In this document: one piece after another, positions 1 through 12,801 of the stretch | Layout: every line of letters starts with the position of its first letter | Numbering within the stretch: position 1 is the stretch's first letter | Assembly: GCF_001194135.2 (NCBI RefSeq) | Contig: NC_068994.1 | Coordinates: 58,807,260-58,871,259, forward strand | DNA: 64,000 bases | Reading direction: 5' to 3' | DNA from: Octopus bimaculoides | Taxonomy: Eukaryota | Program-made: the position numbers and the translations under genes | The notes under the pieces: model-generated | The model's database searches: none | What the model saw: the letters and a program-made list of their open reading frames with translations, nothing else | Told to the model about the DNA's origin: nothing

Positions 1-290
1 CATCTCAACATACTTCAAAGCAACATGGCCACCGGCTTCGTAATATCCCATCCCGAACATTCAACAGTAAGAGAACATAAACATAACTCAAATCGAAACA
101 GCATCAGTTCGCCAGACTCCCTTTAATCATGAGAAGCACACAACTAGATCCACACAATCGTTCTAAATGTTGGAAATATCTCAAGAAGCTCCCCTTAATA
201 TAGATGCCACCGCATCCTATCGGAAGTTTAAATACTTCATCCCCCAATATTTACTGATAGTCAAAGAATTCTCTCGCATCTGAAATGGTG
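1..290 (+). mobile_element. Degenerate CR1/L2-group LINE 3' coding remnant
   Basis: Frameshifted translation gives HGHRLR... and KLP.LNIDATASYRKFK, resembling the TRGH...WNxLP...A.S..FK end of CR1/L2 ORF2; contains stops. Confidence 0.35.
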
Positions 291-2324
291 CTGCTGTTGA
301 GGGAACAGATTCTTGGACCAGACCTAGAAAGGGCCAACCGACTGAAAGTCATCTTTAGAAAAGTTCCAGTTTGTCACTTACAGGTCTCCTCTCTCTCTGC
401 TTTTTTCTCTTTCTTCTTTAATGGCCTCTGTTCCTTGAAGTAGGCTCATGCCATCTCTTGTCAAGCATTTCTTGATCCACTCGTCTCTTCTCATCTCAAC
501 CTCTTGGTGTTCATGTCACGATTCCTATCACCGATCGCTACCGCCATTCTTTCCTTCTCAATTCCCTCCCAACTCATTTTGGCAAATGTTGATTTACAAA
601 GTCGGACCACGACTTTGAGTAGCACTGCCGTAGGTTATGATGTGAAAGAGATTTGGCTGGTATTTCTGACATATCGAGTGTTAAGGTTCACTTATTGACT
701 TTGTAAATGTTTTGCACCAGAGGTCGTTTAACCGGAAGTCAATCTTGATTCGGGGAAACTTCTGATCAAAGACGTTCCAGTCACACTTTGTCATTGTAAG
801 GGTTTGTAGGACTATATTATGTCACGTGACTTTTCTTTATTTAAGCTGGAAGGGTGTGATTTGAAAGAGAATTAGCTATGATTAGCAGGTTGACAATCCC
901 TCCAAACAAAATGGCATGAAATAGATATCTAAAAATGAAAATAGCGAAATATAATTATATAAAAAAAAACACAAATAAATTATTGGATTCTTTACCTAGG
1001 TTTGGGTTCGCATCAATATGTTATAGTGATTCGTATCATAAAATTTATCGTTTCTCATTTTGATACAATGAAACATTAGATACAGGTTAATACAGTTTCT
1101 CTAAAAATTCATTGTTCCAGAGAACAGCTCTGGAACACCGAGAGACGTTGGTCAATGTCGTTTCATTTGCATTAATGTTAGGTACCAAATCATATAAATG
1201 GCTGATGGATGTTTAAAGAAATATCTAAAGGTATTAACTATTCTGAGATAAGCATCCACTGTTATACGTAAGCCTATTTCACTGAACAGTTTCATTCGAT
1301 TTTCCCTAAATCTCTCTTGTACATATGCTCTCATATATTGTGAGATTAACAGTCCATCGTTACTCTAAATTCCGCATATTACTGCAGGAAGTTCTTCTCT
1401 ACAAAATGCTTGGATGGACATTGTTGTTATTTCCCAAAATTGAGATCCTTCATAGAGTTCCCTAGAAACGTCAAGTAAGTCGGGTTTTTTTTATCCCGGT
1501 ACTATATAATCACTTTAAAAGTAGGGGTTTTCTGACATGCGCATATATTTGTTAATTGATACGATGTTATTTATGAAAACCAAAGCTCTGGAAAGAAAGA
1601 GTTAAGTGATACAGTATCAAATTGACTAAGTATAACTCTGTCACGAACTCACCAAATCATTCGAATTTTTCTCTTGATCAAGAAAGCGAGGAAGATCGTA
1701 TTTTTCGTCTTAATTTTTTTATCTAAAGAGTAAACATCTTTTGAATTTACTTTTTAACTATTTCTAAGATTAGGTGTTGCATACTTTATCATAAATATCA
1801 AAGGTTGTGGTAATTTCTTCGTTTTATTGAAAAGGTGTAAGCAGACTCAAAATTTCTTTAGGGTTAGTGGCATTATCGGATATATTCTGTTATACGTGTC
1901 ATGTCTGTATAAGCTATTTTTTTCTGTTTGCTTGTTTTAGAAAACATCTCTTCTCAGAATCGCGTCAACTCACGTTTTAACGAGATTTGGAAGCTGTTGC
2001 AGACTTTCCTGAATCTGACTCATTTTATAAAAGCAACAAAAAAAAAAAAAGAAAAATCGATTCAAATTATTCTTAGTCTCTGTAAGATGGTGGATCTTTT
2101 CACGTTCTAAATCCGAAATTATTATCTTCATAATTTCCAGATTATCAAAGAAATAGAAATAACGCCGGCGTTACAATCTTCTTATGAAGTCTTCGATATT
2201 CACTAGCAGACATTTTAGATAATAGTTCCGAGATGGAACAGAGATGTTCCCGATGGAAAATCTAACGGGTATTGTTCCATTGATTTAATCCGCCTGTATG
2301 ATGTGTTTCACTTGTGGAAATATG

Positions 2325-2509
2325 TGTTTGCATGTATGTATGTATGTATGTATATATGCAGGGATGTATGTATGTATGTATGTATGTATGTATGTATGTA
2401 TGTATGTAGACAGTTATGCATGTATATGCGTGCATACATGCCTGTGCGTATGTATGCGTGTATGCGTGAATGCATGCATGTGTGTGTGTATGTATGCATG
2501 CATACATGC

Positions 2510-2540
<31 letters not shown>

Positions 2541-2570
2541 CACACTTCTTGATTCTCGATCACACTGCAG

Positions 2571-2607
<37 letters not shown>

Positions 2608-3078
2608 GCGCACACACTGCAGTGTGAAGAAAAAAGAGAACACTCAGCATTGAGACTAAAGATATTTTATTTATTCGTTGAAAACCGGAAACGTCACAAA
2701 TCGCGCGCGCGCGCGTATCTACGTGGTTGTTGCGTTCGTGTGTGTGTGTGTGTGTGTGTGGTATGCTTTTGCACGCACAAATATATTTATATGGGTGTGT
2801 ATGTGTGTACATTGTATATCGATGTGTTACTACACACACGCAAACATATAATTATATGAACGTGTGTGTGTGTGTATGTATGTGTGAATGCGTGTACGTA
2901 TTAGAGACATACGTCAGTTTTCTTTTTCTGTGACAAGATTAAGTCTAAGTATCTTTAGTTTAGAAATTGTGGTGTAACTCCTCCCCTCCCCCCACGCACA
3001 CACACACAGACACACACACACAGACACACACACACAGACACACACACACAGACACACACACACAGACACACACACACA
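2325..3078. repeat. Compound microsatellite block (TATG)n/(TA)n/(CA)n/(GT)n/(CACACACAGA)n ending at an N gap
   Basis: Read directly; it explains the His/Thr/Val/Cys/Tyr/Ile ORFs in the track. Confidence 0.95.
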
Positions 3079-4290
3079 NNNNNNNNNNNNNNNNNNNNNN
3101 NNNNNNNNNNNNNNNNNNNNNNNNNNNNNNNNNNNNNNNNNNNNNNNNNNNNNNNNNNNNNNNNNNNNNNNNNNNNNNNNNNNNNNNNNNNNNNNNNNNN
3201 NNNNNNNNNNNNNNNNNNNNNNNNNNNNNNNNNNNNNNNNNNNNNNNNNNNNNNNNNNNNNNNNNNNNNNNNNNNNNNNNNNNNNNNNNNNNNNNNNNNN
3301 NNNNNNNNNNNNNNNNNNNNNNNNNNNNNNNNNNNNNNNNNNNNNNNNNNNNNNNNNNNNNNNNNNNNNNNNNNNNNNNNNNNNNNNNNNNNNNNNNNNN
3401 NNNNNNNNNNNNNNNNNNNNNNNNNNNNNNNNNNNNNNNNNNNNNNNNNNNNNNNNNNNNNNNNNNNNNNNNNNNNNNNNNNNNNNNNNNNNNNNNNNNN
3501 NNNNNNNNNNNNNNNNNNNNNNNNNNNNNNNNNNNNNNNNNNNNNNNNNNNNNNNNNNNNNNNNNNNNNNNNNNNNNNNNNNNNNNNNNNNNNNNNNNNN
3601 NNNNNNNNNNNNNNNNNNNNNNNNNNNNNNNNNNNNNNNNNNNNNNNNNNNNNNNNNNNNNNNNNNNNNNNNNNNNNNNNNNNNNNNNNNNNNNNNNNNN
3701 NNNNNNNNNNNNNNNNNNNNNNNNNNNNNNNNNNNNNNNNNNNNNNNNNNNNNNNNNNNNNNNNNNNNNNNNNNNNNNNNNNNNNNNNNNNNNNNNNNNN
3801 NNNNNNNNNNNNNNNNNNNNNNNNNNACACACATCCAATCTAGGCACAGAATCACACACATACACACACAACATACATAAACAGACATAGATAAGCACAA
3901 ATACTCTTCGGCTCAAAAGACACACACACATACGTAATGAAATGGTTCTCCGTCGTTTCGGGCGATGCGTATTTCAATTTTTCGATCTAGTAACTTACCT
4001 CATAGTGAGTCTAAATGTTGCACTAGCATGACTCTCTTGGAACTATGGCGGTGAATTGACAGGTTCTATTTCAGCTCATTACATTCTGAGCTGAAAACCC
4101 ACATTTAATTCGATTGCCAACGCCTGCGGTGGAAGAAAATGGTACCAGTTATACACTGAGTGTCAGTCTTGTTGAGAAGGAAACTAATGACAAATAATTT
4201 TAATCAGTTACAGGAGACGTTTGCAACAGTGTATTTCAGACATCGTTGAAAGGTCAGACATTTTTCTGGTGGAGAGAATTATCGATTAAA

Positions 4291-4506
4291 TACAGGGTGG
4301 CCCAAAAGTAGGTTTACAGTCATTCAACTCTCTCTTTCGCATTCATATATTAACAGTTTAGATCTTAATTATAAAAAAATATGAAACCATTATTCTATGC
4401 TAATTTAGTTAATTGTAAGATAGAAATTTAAATGTAATAAAATGTTTTAAAAGAAATTTAAAGTGCCTCCGTGGTAACTGTAAATCTACTTTTGGGCCAC
4501 CTTCTA
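4291..4506. mobile_element. Tc1/mariner-type MITE (~215 bp)
   Basis: TA-flanked inverted termini: TA|cagggtggcccaaaagtaggtttacagt ... actgtaaatctacttttgggccaccttc|TA; AT-rich non-coding interior. Confidence 0.85.
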
Positions 4507-5641
4507 TATCTTTATAACCGATTCTTTACTTTCATCGTTCCTGGGAAAGTAAAAGGCAATGTTGACTTCAGCGGAATTCGAACTCAGAACACACACACAC
4601 ACACAAACATAATCAGCAGTTAGATGGTTCTACTCTTTCTTTCGACTCTATGCAAAGGGGTCATATTTTAGGAAATGACGAAGATGGTTTAGGTACATGT
4701 GACTTCATGACCCGAATGTTCGTTTTTACATTCATGGTGCAGGTAAAACGGAATATCTTCATCTGGAAACTGAAACCGCGACGCTGTCTTTCAGCGGCGA
4801 ACGCTGTAATATTAAACAACATCTCGAATATTATGATTTAAATTAAAAATTTGTTCCCATTAGATGTACATAAGTTACCGGCAATTGTTTTTCCGGAAGT
4901 TGTTAAATCGTTGCCGCCTGCGAACAATTTCACACCGGAAGTTCATTTCGGATTTAATGAAAACGTGAAAAGATTGAAAGCAGCAGCAGCAGAAGGCAAT
5001 AAAAGAATATAGGAATGTTGTTTTTGGTGATAATTGTTTGGTTTTTAAGAACATTGGCAATGAATAGAAGAAGCAGATTAGCTTGAATGGAAACATTTCT
5101 TACATCATCAAGAATTTTCTGTCGCATTGGGAAAACAGCGCCAAGTTGGTAGAAGTCGTGGGTCGTTAAAGCTTGTTCATACAGATTGCTTATCCATCAC
5201 ATGATAGAATCGTATTAAAAGTGTTGCTGCTGTGGCTGCTACTGATGGCGATGATTATGATGATGATTTAAAACGTCTTTCGATAATAACTAACCATAAG
5301 CCAAAAATCATTTCTCCACGGGCAGTGAAATAATTAAGTACAGACTGGAAACTGAAGAAATGATATTTAGGCACAATAAAGCAACACTAATGTTTAGAAA
5401 ACCGAACGACAAAATCAAAGTGAAATTCCAAAAAGCAGTGGGACAAAAATGGTGGGTGAAACCTTTCCATCGTTAAGATACCGCAAGATTCGGTAGACAG
5501 GAAGTAAACCAGTGTATAAGCCAAAAGTGACTCAAAAGTTCTGAATTAAACGTAGACACAGAAGGCCTTATAGCTACTGGTTGATTAATAATGATCAACT
5601 AGAAATCAGAAATAAAACCAGCGAGCGGGTTTGTTCTCATA

Positions 5642-5955
5642 GTGAAGTTGTGTAGCTTAGTGGTTCGGCTTTTAGGCTCACCATCGCAAGGTTGTGAGTT
5701 CGAAATCCCGTCGCGCGTTGTGTCCTTGAACAAGACACTTTATTTCACGTTGCTCCAATCCACTCAGCTGGCAAAAATGAGCTGTACCTATAATTCAAAG
5801 GGCTGGCCTTGGCACCTTCTCCCTGAGATCTACGTTAAGCGTACGCACGTCTCAGTGGTGTTCTCAGCCACTTGCACATTAACTTCATGTGCAAGCTGTT
5901 CCGTTGATCGGATTAACTGGAACACTCTTCGTCGTAGCCAACGGAGGGCCAGTTA
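5642..5955 (+). mobile_element. tRNA-derived CORE-like SINE (family C)
   Basis: A box tagcttagtgg, B box gagttcgaaatccc, CORE-like gtgtccttgaacaagacacttta...ttgctccaatccactcagctg; its 3' part is homologous to 16680-16830. Confidence 0.8.
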
Positions 5956-6335
5956 TTGCTCTCATATCTGTAACTGTATTACTACAGCACCGGAGACCGC
6001 ATCGGAAGATTCTACCCCGTATTTAGGAAAGGCTCGACTGATTGACATGAACCAACTCTCAAATCCGCTCCAATCTTTCTATTCGCTCAAAACTGTTGTC
6101 TCTCAGGCTGAGCTCAATACCACTTGCACCCAACCATTCTTCACCCGTTCGCGTCTCCCCTCACTACCCTTATTCTGCCCCATCTTTCAAGGTCCCTCAG
6201 TAACTGCGTCGCCCAGGTCTTCTTCCCTAGACATAATTTCCCTCGGAATCCCCTCCTTCTCCACATCTTTCCCCTCGGGATCAACTTACAATCGTTCAAA
6301 AAGTACATGATCAAGATATCAATCTTACTGGTTTG
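5956..6335 (+). mobile_element. L2/Crack-like LINE ORF2 C-terminal remnant
   Basis: YCSHI...KARLIDMNQLSNPLQS and, after a frameshift, FFPR...HIFP.GINLQSFKKYM match the C-terminus of CR1-group (L2/Crack) RTs. Confidence 0.65.
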
Positions 6336-6972
6336 CAAAGGAATCGGTCCTTCCTCCTGACACAGCAAATAATGGCGTTGAGATATCGATGATACAATTT
6401 ATCGCGCGCGCGCACGCACGCACGTACACACACACACACACACANNNNNNNNNNNNNNNNNNNNNNNNNNNNNNNNNNNNNNNNNNNNNNNNNNNNNNNN
6501 NNNNNNNNNNNNNNNNNNNNNNNNNNNNNNNNNNNNNNNNNNNNNNNNNNNNNNNNNNNNNNNNNNNNNNNNNNNNNNNNNNNNNNNNNNNNNNNNNNNN
6601 NNNNNNNNNNNNNNNNNNNNNNNNNNNNNNNNNNNNNNNNNNNNNNNNNNNNNNNNNNNNNNNNNNNNNNNNNNNNNNNNNNNNNNNNNNNNNCACACAC
6701 CGCTTATATTATTCATAACATAATTGACTGAGAAATTATAGAAATAAATCGAAGTCAACCTAACACAGACACACCGTTTATACAATTAGGTGGTTCGTGA
6801 GATAATTAACCGATAAATATTTTGAATGAAGAGCGATATACACCAGGATTCCTTAAGTATTTAAAGAATGTACACCATTTTTGTTTAATTTTGTTACTGG
6901 TGTGTGTTTTAGTTTCAATTTTTTTAATACTACCTTTAGTTCTTTGATTATGGATATATTTTGATACACACA

Positions 6973-7197
6973 TACGAGGGGGGGGGGCTGAAAAGTTCCT
7001 GGCTTTAATGGTGTTTCGAAAGGCCTGGTTGGAGGCCCAACCTTCCGAGTTCTTTTTACAGGGTTTAGGAAACCTGAAGGGCCGATGCAATAAGTGTGTG
7101 AATCCGAGAGGGGAATATATTGAATAAAAGCGTAATTAACTGATCTTCCTGTTTTTTTCTTTTACCCAAAGCCAAGAACTTTCCAGCACCCCTCGTG
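6973..7197 (+). mobile_element. Internally deleted mariner (MITE-sized)
   Basis: TIRs TAcgaggggggggggctgaaaagttcctggctt / aagccaagaactttccagcacccctcg; interior encodes the mariner C-terminus FFLQGLGNLKGRCNKCVNPRGEYIE*. Confidence 0.85.
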
Positions 7198-7504
7198 CAT
7201 GGGTACACACACACACACTTAATAACGGCAGAGGCAGTTTTAACACCAAAGGTAGTCTTGATCTTCAACTGATCCCTATCGGGAGGCTTTTAAGCTAGTA
7301 ATAATAATAATAATAATAATAATGCTGGATAGACGCGTAGGCAAACGAAGTCACCGTTCAAAACTTCGATTGCTCTCAGCACTGCAGTCTCCAACAAATC
7401 TAAATAGTTATGTCACCGAACCTTGCTAAGATTTCCATTTTCCTCGACTTTCCATTATGTTTACTGGAAGTCATAACTTTCCTTTTCACCCTCGCCTTCA
7501 GAAA

Positions 7505-7915
7505 GGACAGCCTTTTGCCTTTTGTTCCTCGCAGCAAGAAAAGTGGTGATCTTCAGTGTAAATAGGATCTGAAGTACAACAGCCCCACCACCCGGATAAT
7601 TTAACATAACCGGATGTTATAGCAGCGGTCTGCCTGTATAGGTATAGACATTCACTTTCCGTTCAAATTTTAAGCTGTTGGCGACCAGTGTAATGGACAA
7701 AACTCTTGTATTTGGCTGGAGTACAGCCAAAGACAGGAAATGTTGCAATTCATTACATAAAGAACTACACCTTGTAAGAAGCCATCATAGTTATAAGTAG
7801 CGTAGGCTGTATGAGGGTGCCGTGTTTGGGATTTTAAAACTAAAATGGTTGATTGTTTCATTGAGAAATATATTTTAGGTCAATTCTTAGGAAATTTCAC
7901 TGGAAATAAATTGTT
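7505..7915 (+). repeat. Unclassified ~410-bp dispersed repeat, copy 1 (inverted partner at 13275-13675)
   Basis: Long shared blocks, e.g. aaaactcttgtatttggctggagtacagccaaagacaggaaatgttgcaattcattacataaagaac, present as the reverse complement at ~13.4 kb. Confidence 0.85.
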
Positions 7916-8087
7916 ACGTGTAAATGCTTGTAGTTTTCAAACGATTTATTCTGAGAAAAAAATCAGTTTTTACAATCCTTCTGCGTTCTTTTAGATATGT
8001 AATTCAGACGCAATTGTATATCTGTATATCTTTTCTGAAGTCCATAGCACAAGAATCTATGTAACAGACTGTATGTGTCTGTGTATA

Positions 8088-8960
8088 TACAGGGTGCGGT
8101 GAATAAACTGTTGTCTAAATTACACAAAAATGAAAACAACACTGACATCTCATTTTAAAAGATATATTTACCAGAATAATATAAACATATCTCGAAATAT
8201 GAAGAGTAAATTTATCCTATAAAATCGTCATTGGCTTCAACCATGGCCTCCAGACGACTTCGGAATCTCTTACAACTCTTCTGGACGGTTTCCGTGTTTA
8301 AGTTGGTGAATGCTGCCATAATTGTTGTCTTCAGTTCATCTTTAGTGTTACAAGGAGTTTTGTTGGTCTCTCGCTCAACTACACCCTGCACATAATAACC
8401 AAGGGGGTTGCAGTCGGGGAAGTTAGGTGGCCAGATGTTAGGAGTGATGTGGTCGCAGAAATTGTCTGACAGCCATGACTGGGTTCTCCTGCTTGTGTGG
8501 CATGGTGCAGAGTCTTGTTGCCAGACATAGGGTCTTCCAGCAGTCACCCTCTTGACCCAGGACAGCATTAACTCCTCCTGACACTTGATGTAGGCCTCCG
8601 TGTTGAGCATGAGACCGTGAATGGAGGTATGACATCACCATCACTAGTGGTCACTCCAAACACCATAATGTTGACTGGATGTTTGATTTTTATCACTCTC
8701 GGTACATGTCCTCAGATTGCACTGTCCTCAGATTGACACCCAAACACTCTGAAATATTCATATTAGAGCTTCCGGCGGGGATGCCAAGCAGTACAGCATG
8801 TCGTTTCCAAATTTCTGGCGAAGTGAATTGCATCATGGTGTTGTTTTTGTCACAGACGGTGCCCAACTGACCCGACTATACTGTGTAGCCGGCAAAATCA
8901 ATGCACATGCGTGAAATTAAAGATATAAAATGGCGACAATTTACCTATAGCCCCCTTTGT
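8088..8960 (-). mobile_element. Internally deleted DD37D (maT-type) Tc1/mariner transposon; transposase pseudogene
   Basis: ORF 8212-8610 WQQDSAPCHTSRRTQSWL...WPPNFPDCNPLGYY has 37 residues between the second D and the third catalytic position, which is G here. An N-terminal fragment lies at ~8700-8845. TA-cagggtgcggtgaataaa terminus at 8088; the other TIR is degenerate. Confidence 0.9.
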
Positions 8961-8971
8961 GTTTGTGTGTG

Positions 8972-9358
8972 TATTCTTTTACTTGTTTCAGTTATTTGAC
9001 TGCGTCCATGCTGGAGCACCGTCTTTAGTCGAATAAATTGACCCAGGACTTATTCTTTGTAAGACTAGTACTTATTCTATCGGTCTATATTGCCGAACTG
9101 CTAGGTTACGGGGACGTAAACACAAACATTGATTGTCAAGCGATGTGGGTGGGGGGGACAAACACACACACACACACACACACACGTGTGTATATATACG
9201 ACGGGCTTCTTTCAATTTCCATTTACCAAATCTACTCACAAGGCTTTGGTCGGCCCGAGGCTATAGTAGAAGACACTTGCCTAAGGTGCCACCCAGTAGG
9301 ACCGAACCCGTAACCATGTGGTTGGGAAGCAAGCTTCTTACCACACAACCACGCCTGT
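8972..9358 (-). mobile_element. Full-length tRNA-derived SINE with internal (GT/AT)n microsatellite (family A)
   Basis: Head with A box and B box (ggttcggtcc), CORE-like ccttaggcaagtgtctt, internal microsatellite, tail ggtgctccagcatggacgcagtcaaataactgaaacaagtaaaagaata. Other copies or fragments at ~15638, 18695, 21757, 23860, 24515, 31375, 36345, 39955, 41115, 45010, 45215 and 54320. Confidence 0.9.
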
Positions 9359-9789
9359 TTGTATGTGTGTGTATATATATGTCTACATATGTGTGTGTGT
9401 ATATACACATATGTTTATACATACATGTACATATATGCATATATATATATGTTTATATATATACTTATATGCGTACGTATTTATTCATCTATAAACACGT
9501 ACATTATACACACATATGCACATACACATGCATGTATGGAAACGGAATCAGAGAGAGAGAGATATATATATATAAGGAGAGAGAGAGAGATAAAAGGAAA
9601 GAGAGAGAGGCTGGCAGGCAGGCAGGCAAGCAGGCAGACAGACAGACAAACGGAGAGTGTGAGAGCGCCCTCTATGCCATACAAGTGAACGTTTACCATA
9701 TGGATGGCCAGTGTTGTCCAAGTGGAGTTGTAAATCGTTACAAACTCACGTGGCGTGGATTATGTGGATGGCCAGATATAAGGAGGTAA

Positions 9790-10882
9790 CGGTGGTTGGC
9801 GATGGGGAGACGTGGTGATTGGAGGAGGGTGTGGTGGTGGTGGTGGTGGTGGTGGGCGGCGGTGGTGGTGATTNNNNNNNNNNNNNNNNNNNNNNNNNNN
9901 NNNNNNNNNNNNNNNNNNNNNNNNNNNNNNNNNNNNNNNNNNNNNNNNNNNNNNNNNNNNNNNNNNNNNNNNNNNNNNNNNNNNNNNNNNNNNNNNNNNN
10001 NNNNNNNNNNNNNNNNNNNNNNNNNNNNNNNNNNNNNNNNNNNNNNTGATGGTGCCATTGTTGATGTTGTTTGTCTTGTTGTTGTGATTCTTGTTGCTGG
10101 CGATGTTATTGTGTGTTGTTGTTGTTGTTGTTCTTTTTCTTCTTCTTTGGCGGTTACGTCGATGATTCTGGTGGTTGTGGTTGTAATGGTGGCGGCGGTG
10201 GTGTTAATACTACTCGAAAGTGACATACCGCAATCCCATTGGTGCATCCCCCTCTCTCTCTCCTCCTCCTCTCTCCCTCCCCTTCTCTCTCTCTCACTTT
10301 GGCCTTGTTATATTTCCCTCTCTCCCTGCCAACTTTGACAACTTCACCACTCAACATGGCGGCATTTGCATTTCTATTGCTGCCTTCTTCACTTCCGACC
10401 GCCTCTATCATTGCTGCTCCTACCGACATCATCATCATCATCACTTCACTTCACCACCACCACCACCACCAATACTAATATCGTTAAACACCAACATCAA
10501 CACCCTTAGAATCATCATCCTCTCCCCACTACCACCACCACCACCACCACCACCACCAGTATGGCAGCATTTACTTGCATTTCTATTGCTGCCTTCTTCA
10601 TTTCCGTCCGCCGCCGCCGCCGCAACTGTAACCTCGCCATCTTCATCACTTCAACAACAGTGGGCTGCCACCAGCAGTGCCCCCCCCCCATCACAAATGC
10701 CACAAACACCGCTACCAGCTTCACTAGTTCTTTACTATCATCGCTGCACTTTCCCGCCACCATCCTTTATCATTACTACTGCTGCTGCTGCTGCCGCTGC
10801 CGCCAAGCCACCCCACCCCATCACCTCCACTATCATCATCATCATCATCACAACAAGCCCTACATCTGCAATCCCATTCTCT

Positions 10883-10918
<36 letters not shown>

Positions 10919-10920
10919 AC
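9790..10920. repeat. Low-complexity trinucleotide region (GGT/GTT/CAT/CAC/GCC/TGC)n with a local ~45-bp duplication
   Basis: Read directly; atggc..cattt..gcatttctattgctgccttcttca occurs at ~10356 and ~10561. Confidence 0.9.
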
Positions 10921-11099
10921 ACGAAGCTCGACTCTTTCCCGTCCGTTGACCAGACTTTTACGAAACAGATCCGTTACGACGCATTCTAATGGAGCGATAT
11001 CACTTTGGAGAGAAAGGTTAATGACATTGTCGTTGCTGAATAGGTTTCCACGGCAGAACGAACGAACGAAAACGAAATATGGAAACATCGCTAACATTG

Positions 11100-11296
11100 A
11101 TGCCAAATTTCGGCACAAGGCCAGCAATTTCGGGGAAGTCAATTACATCGATCCCAGTGTCCAACTGGTACTTATCATGGCCGAAAGGATGAAAGGCAAA
11201 GTCAATCTCGGTGGCATTTGAACTCAGTACGTAGAGTCGGAAAAAATGCTGCTAAGCATTTTGTCCGGCCCGGTAACGATTCTGCCAGTTCGCCAC
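11100..11296 (-). mobile_element. tRNA-derived SINE family B
   Basis: Reverse complement of ggcgaactggcagaatcgtt...gagttcaaatgccaccgagattgactttgcctttcatcctttcgg...ggccttgtgccgaaattt. Confidence 0.9.
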
Positions 11297-11328
11297 TTTT
11301 AAGCTAACTTAATACTAAAATACAAAAT

Positions 11329-11545
11329 GGCGGCGAGTCGGCAGAATCGTTTGCTCGCCGGATGAAACGCTTAGCGGTATTTCTTCCGTCTTTACGTTCT
11401 AAGTTCAAATGCCACCGAGGTCGATTTTGCTTTTCATCCTCTCGAGGTCGACAAAATAAGAACCAGTTAAGCACTGGAGGTCGAAGTAATCGACTTACTC
11501 CGCCACCTCCTGAAATTGCTGGCCTTGTGCCAAAATTTGAAATCA
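11329..11545 (+). mobile_element. tRNA-derived SINE family B
   Basis: ggcggcgagtcggcagaatcg head, B box aagttcaaatgcc, central gcttttcatcctctcgaggtcgacaaaataag, tail gctggccttgtgccaaaatttgaaa. Confidence 0.9.
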
Positions 11546-12728
11546 ATATTAAAATACAAAGCAACTCTCAACATTCCTATTTGCAGTAAATAAACTAAGA
11601 AAGTAACGAGGAGTAAAGAGTGAATCAATTTTAAATACAAGCATGACGAGTTGTTTAGATGCAACACGCTATGATCCTTTACAGCCTACAAACAAAATGC
11701 AACTGCTTTCATCCTACTTTCATCCATATCTCCTTTAGAATGTTAATGGACGTTATCGCCCCGAACTAAACATTAAAGGACTGATAATGGAAATAGGGGA
11801 AAATCATTAATAAATAGAGGAAGCTTGGACATAACACGCTTAAACATAACACGCTTGAAACAAGATTTCTTCTCTGTATATAGTACATATACATTTGCAT
11901 ATATGTATATTGTGTGTGTGTATCCGTGCGTGTGTGGAGAGAGAGAGAGAAAGAGTGAGAGGCAGATTGAGACAAAGAAATGTGTATGTATAGAGATTTA
12001 CAAAATTACTTTGCAGACAAAATCTAGAGTATTCAATACCAGGAGTAAAGCAAACTTATTGCGTTTATTAGCTCAGGTCACTTTATGTTTAGTTACTTAG
12101 TATTTACCGCTTGGAATAATTCTCTGATGAGGGTGGATTGTAGTGTGAGCAGATGAGCTGAAATGAGTAGAACTTGTTGCAGGCTTCCGGTTGGCTCATC
12201 TAAGTTGTCAGTGGATTAACTTCCGGTAAGGCGACCATCTATATCAAATGAATCAATCGAATTTATTATAATTATTATTATTATTATAGAAATATAACAT
12301 GTTTTCATGACAATACTTAATTACTAATTCAGTTTTTCTGAATTAACCGCTAAACAAATGTTTAGCGGTTAATTTCTTGATATTTTCATAGTTTATTCCA
12401 CATGAGCTGCGTGTGTTGAAATTAGGTTTGTCTTCTATATTTAATTTTGCAGTTCTTTTGTGTAATTCCATATAGAATGGTAGCGTTATCAGCCAACATT
12501 TACGCATCTAGATTTATTTGGTTTTCTGCATTATAAATATCGCTTTCTTCTAAAGCGATGTTAATGCTTCATTCAAGGTAGCTGCAACTGCAATTTCTAG
12601 CAGGTCGAATGACAATGTAGTGGTCATCTCATTGGCCATACAAGAAATTTGTTCTGACTGAAACAATAAACACAAACACACGAGCACACTCTATGGCACA
12701 CGCACACGCACGCGCGCGCACACACATG

Positions 12729-12801
<73 letters not shown>

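Noticed and set aside
5642-5720. tRNA genes (A/B boxes in many places)
   Set aside because: They are SINE heads; no complete cloverleaf with an acceptor stem could be formed.
5642-6310. 222-aa ORF
   Set aside because: A chance read-through of a SINE joined to an out-of-frame LINE remnant.
10220-11221. 333-aa Pro/Ala/His-rich ORF
   Set aside because: Built from trinucleotide repeats and ending inside a SINE B copy; no domain and no splice support.
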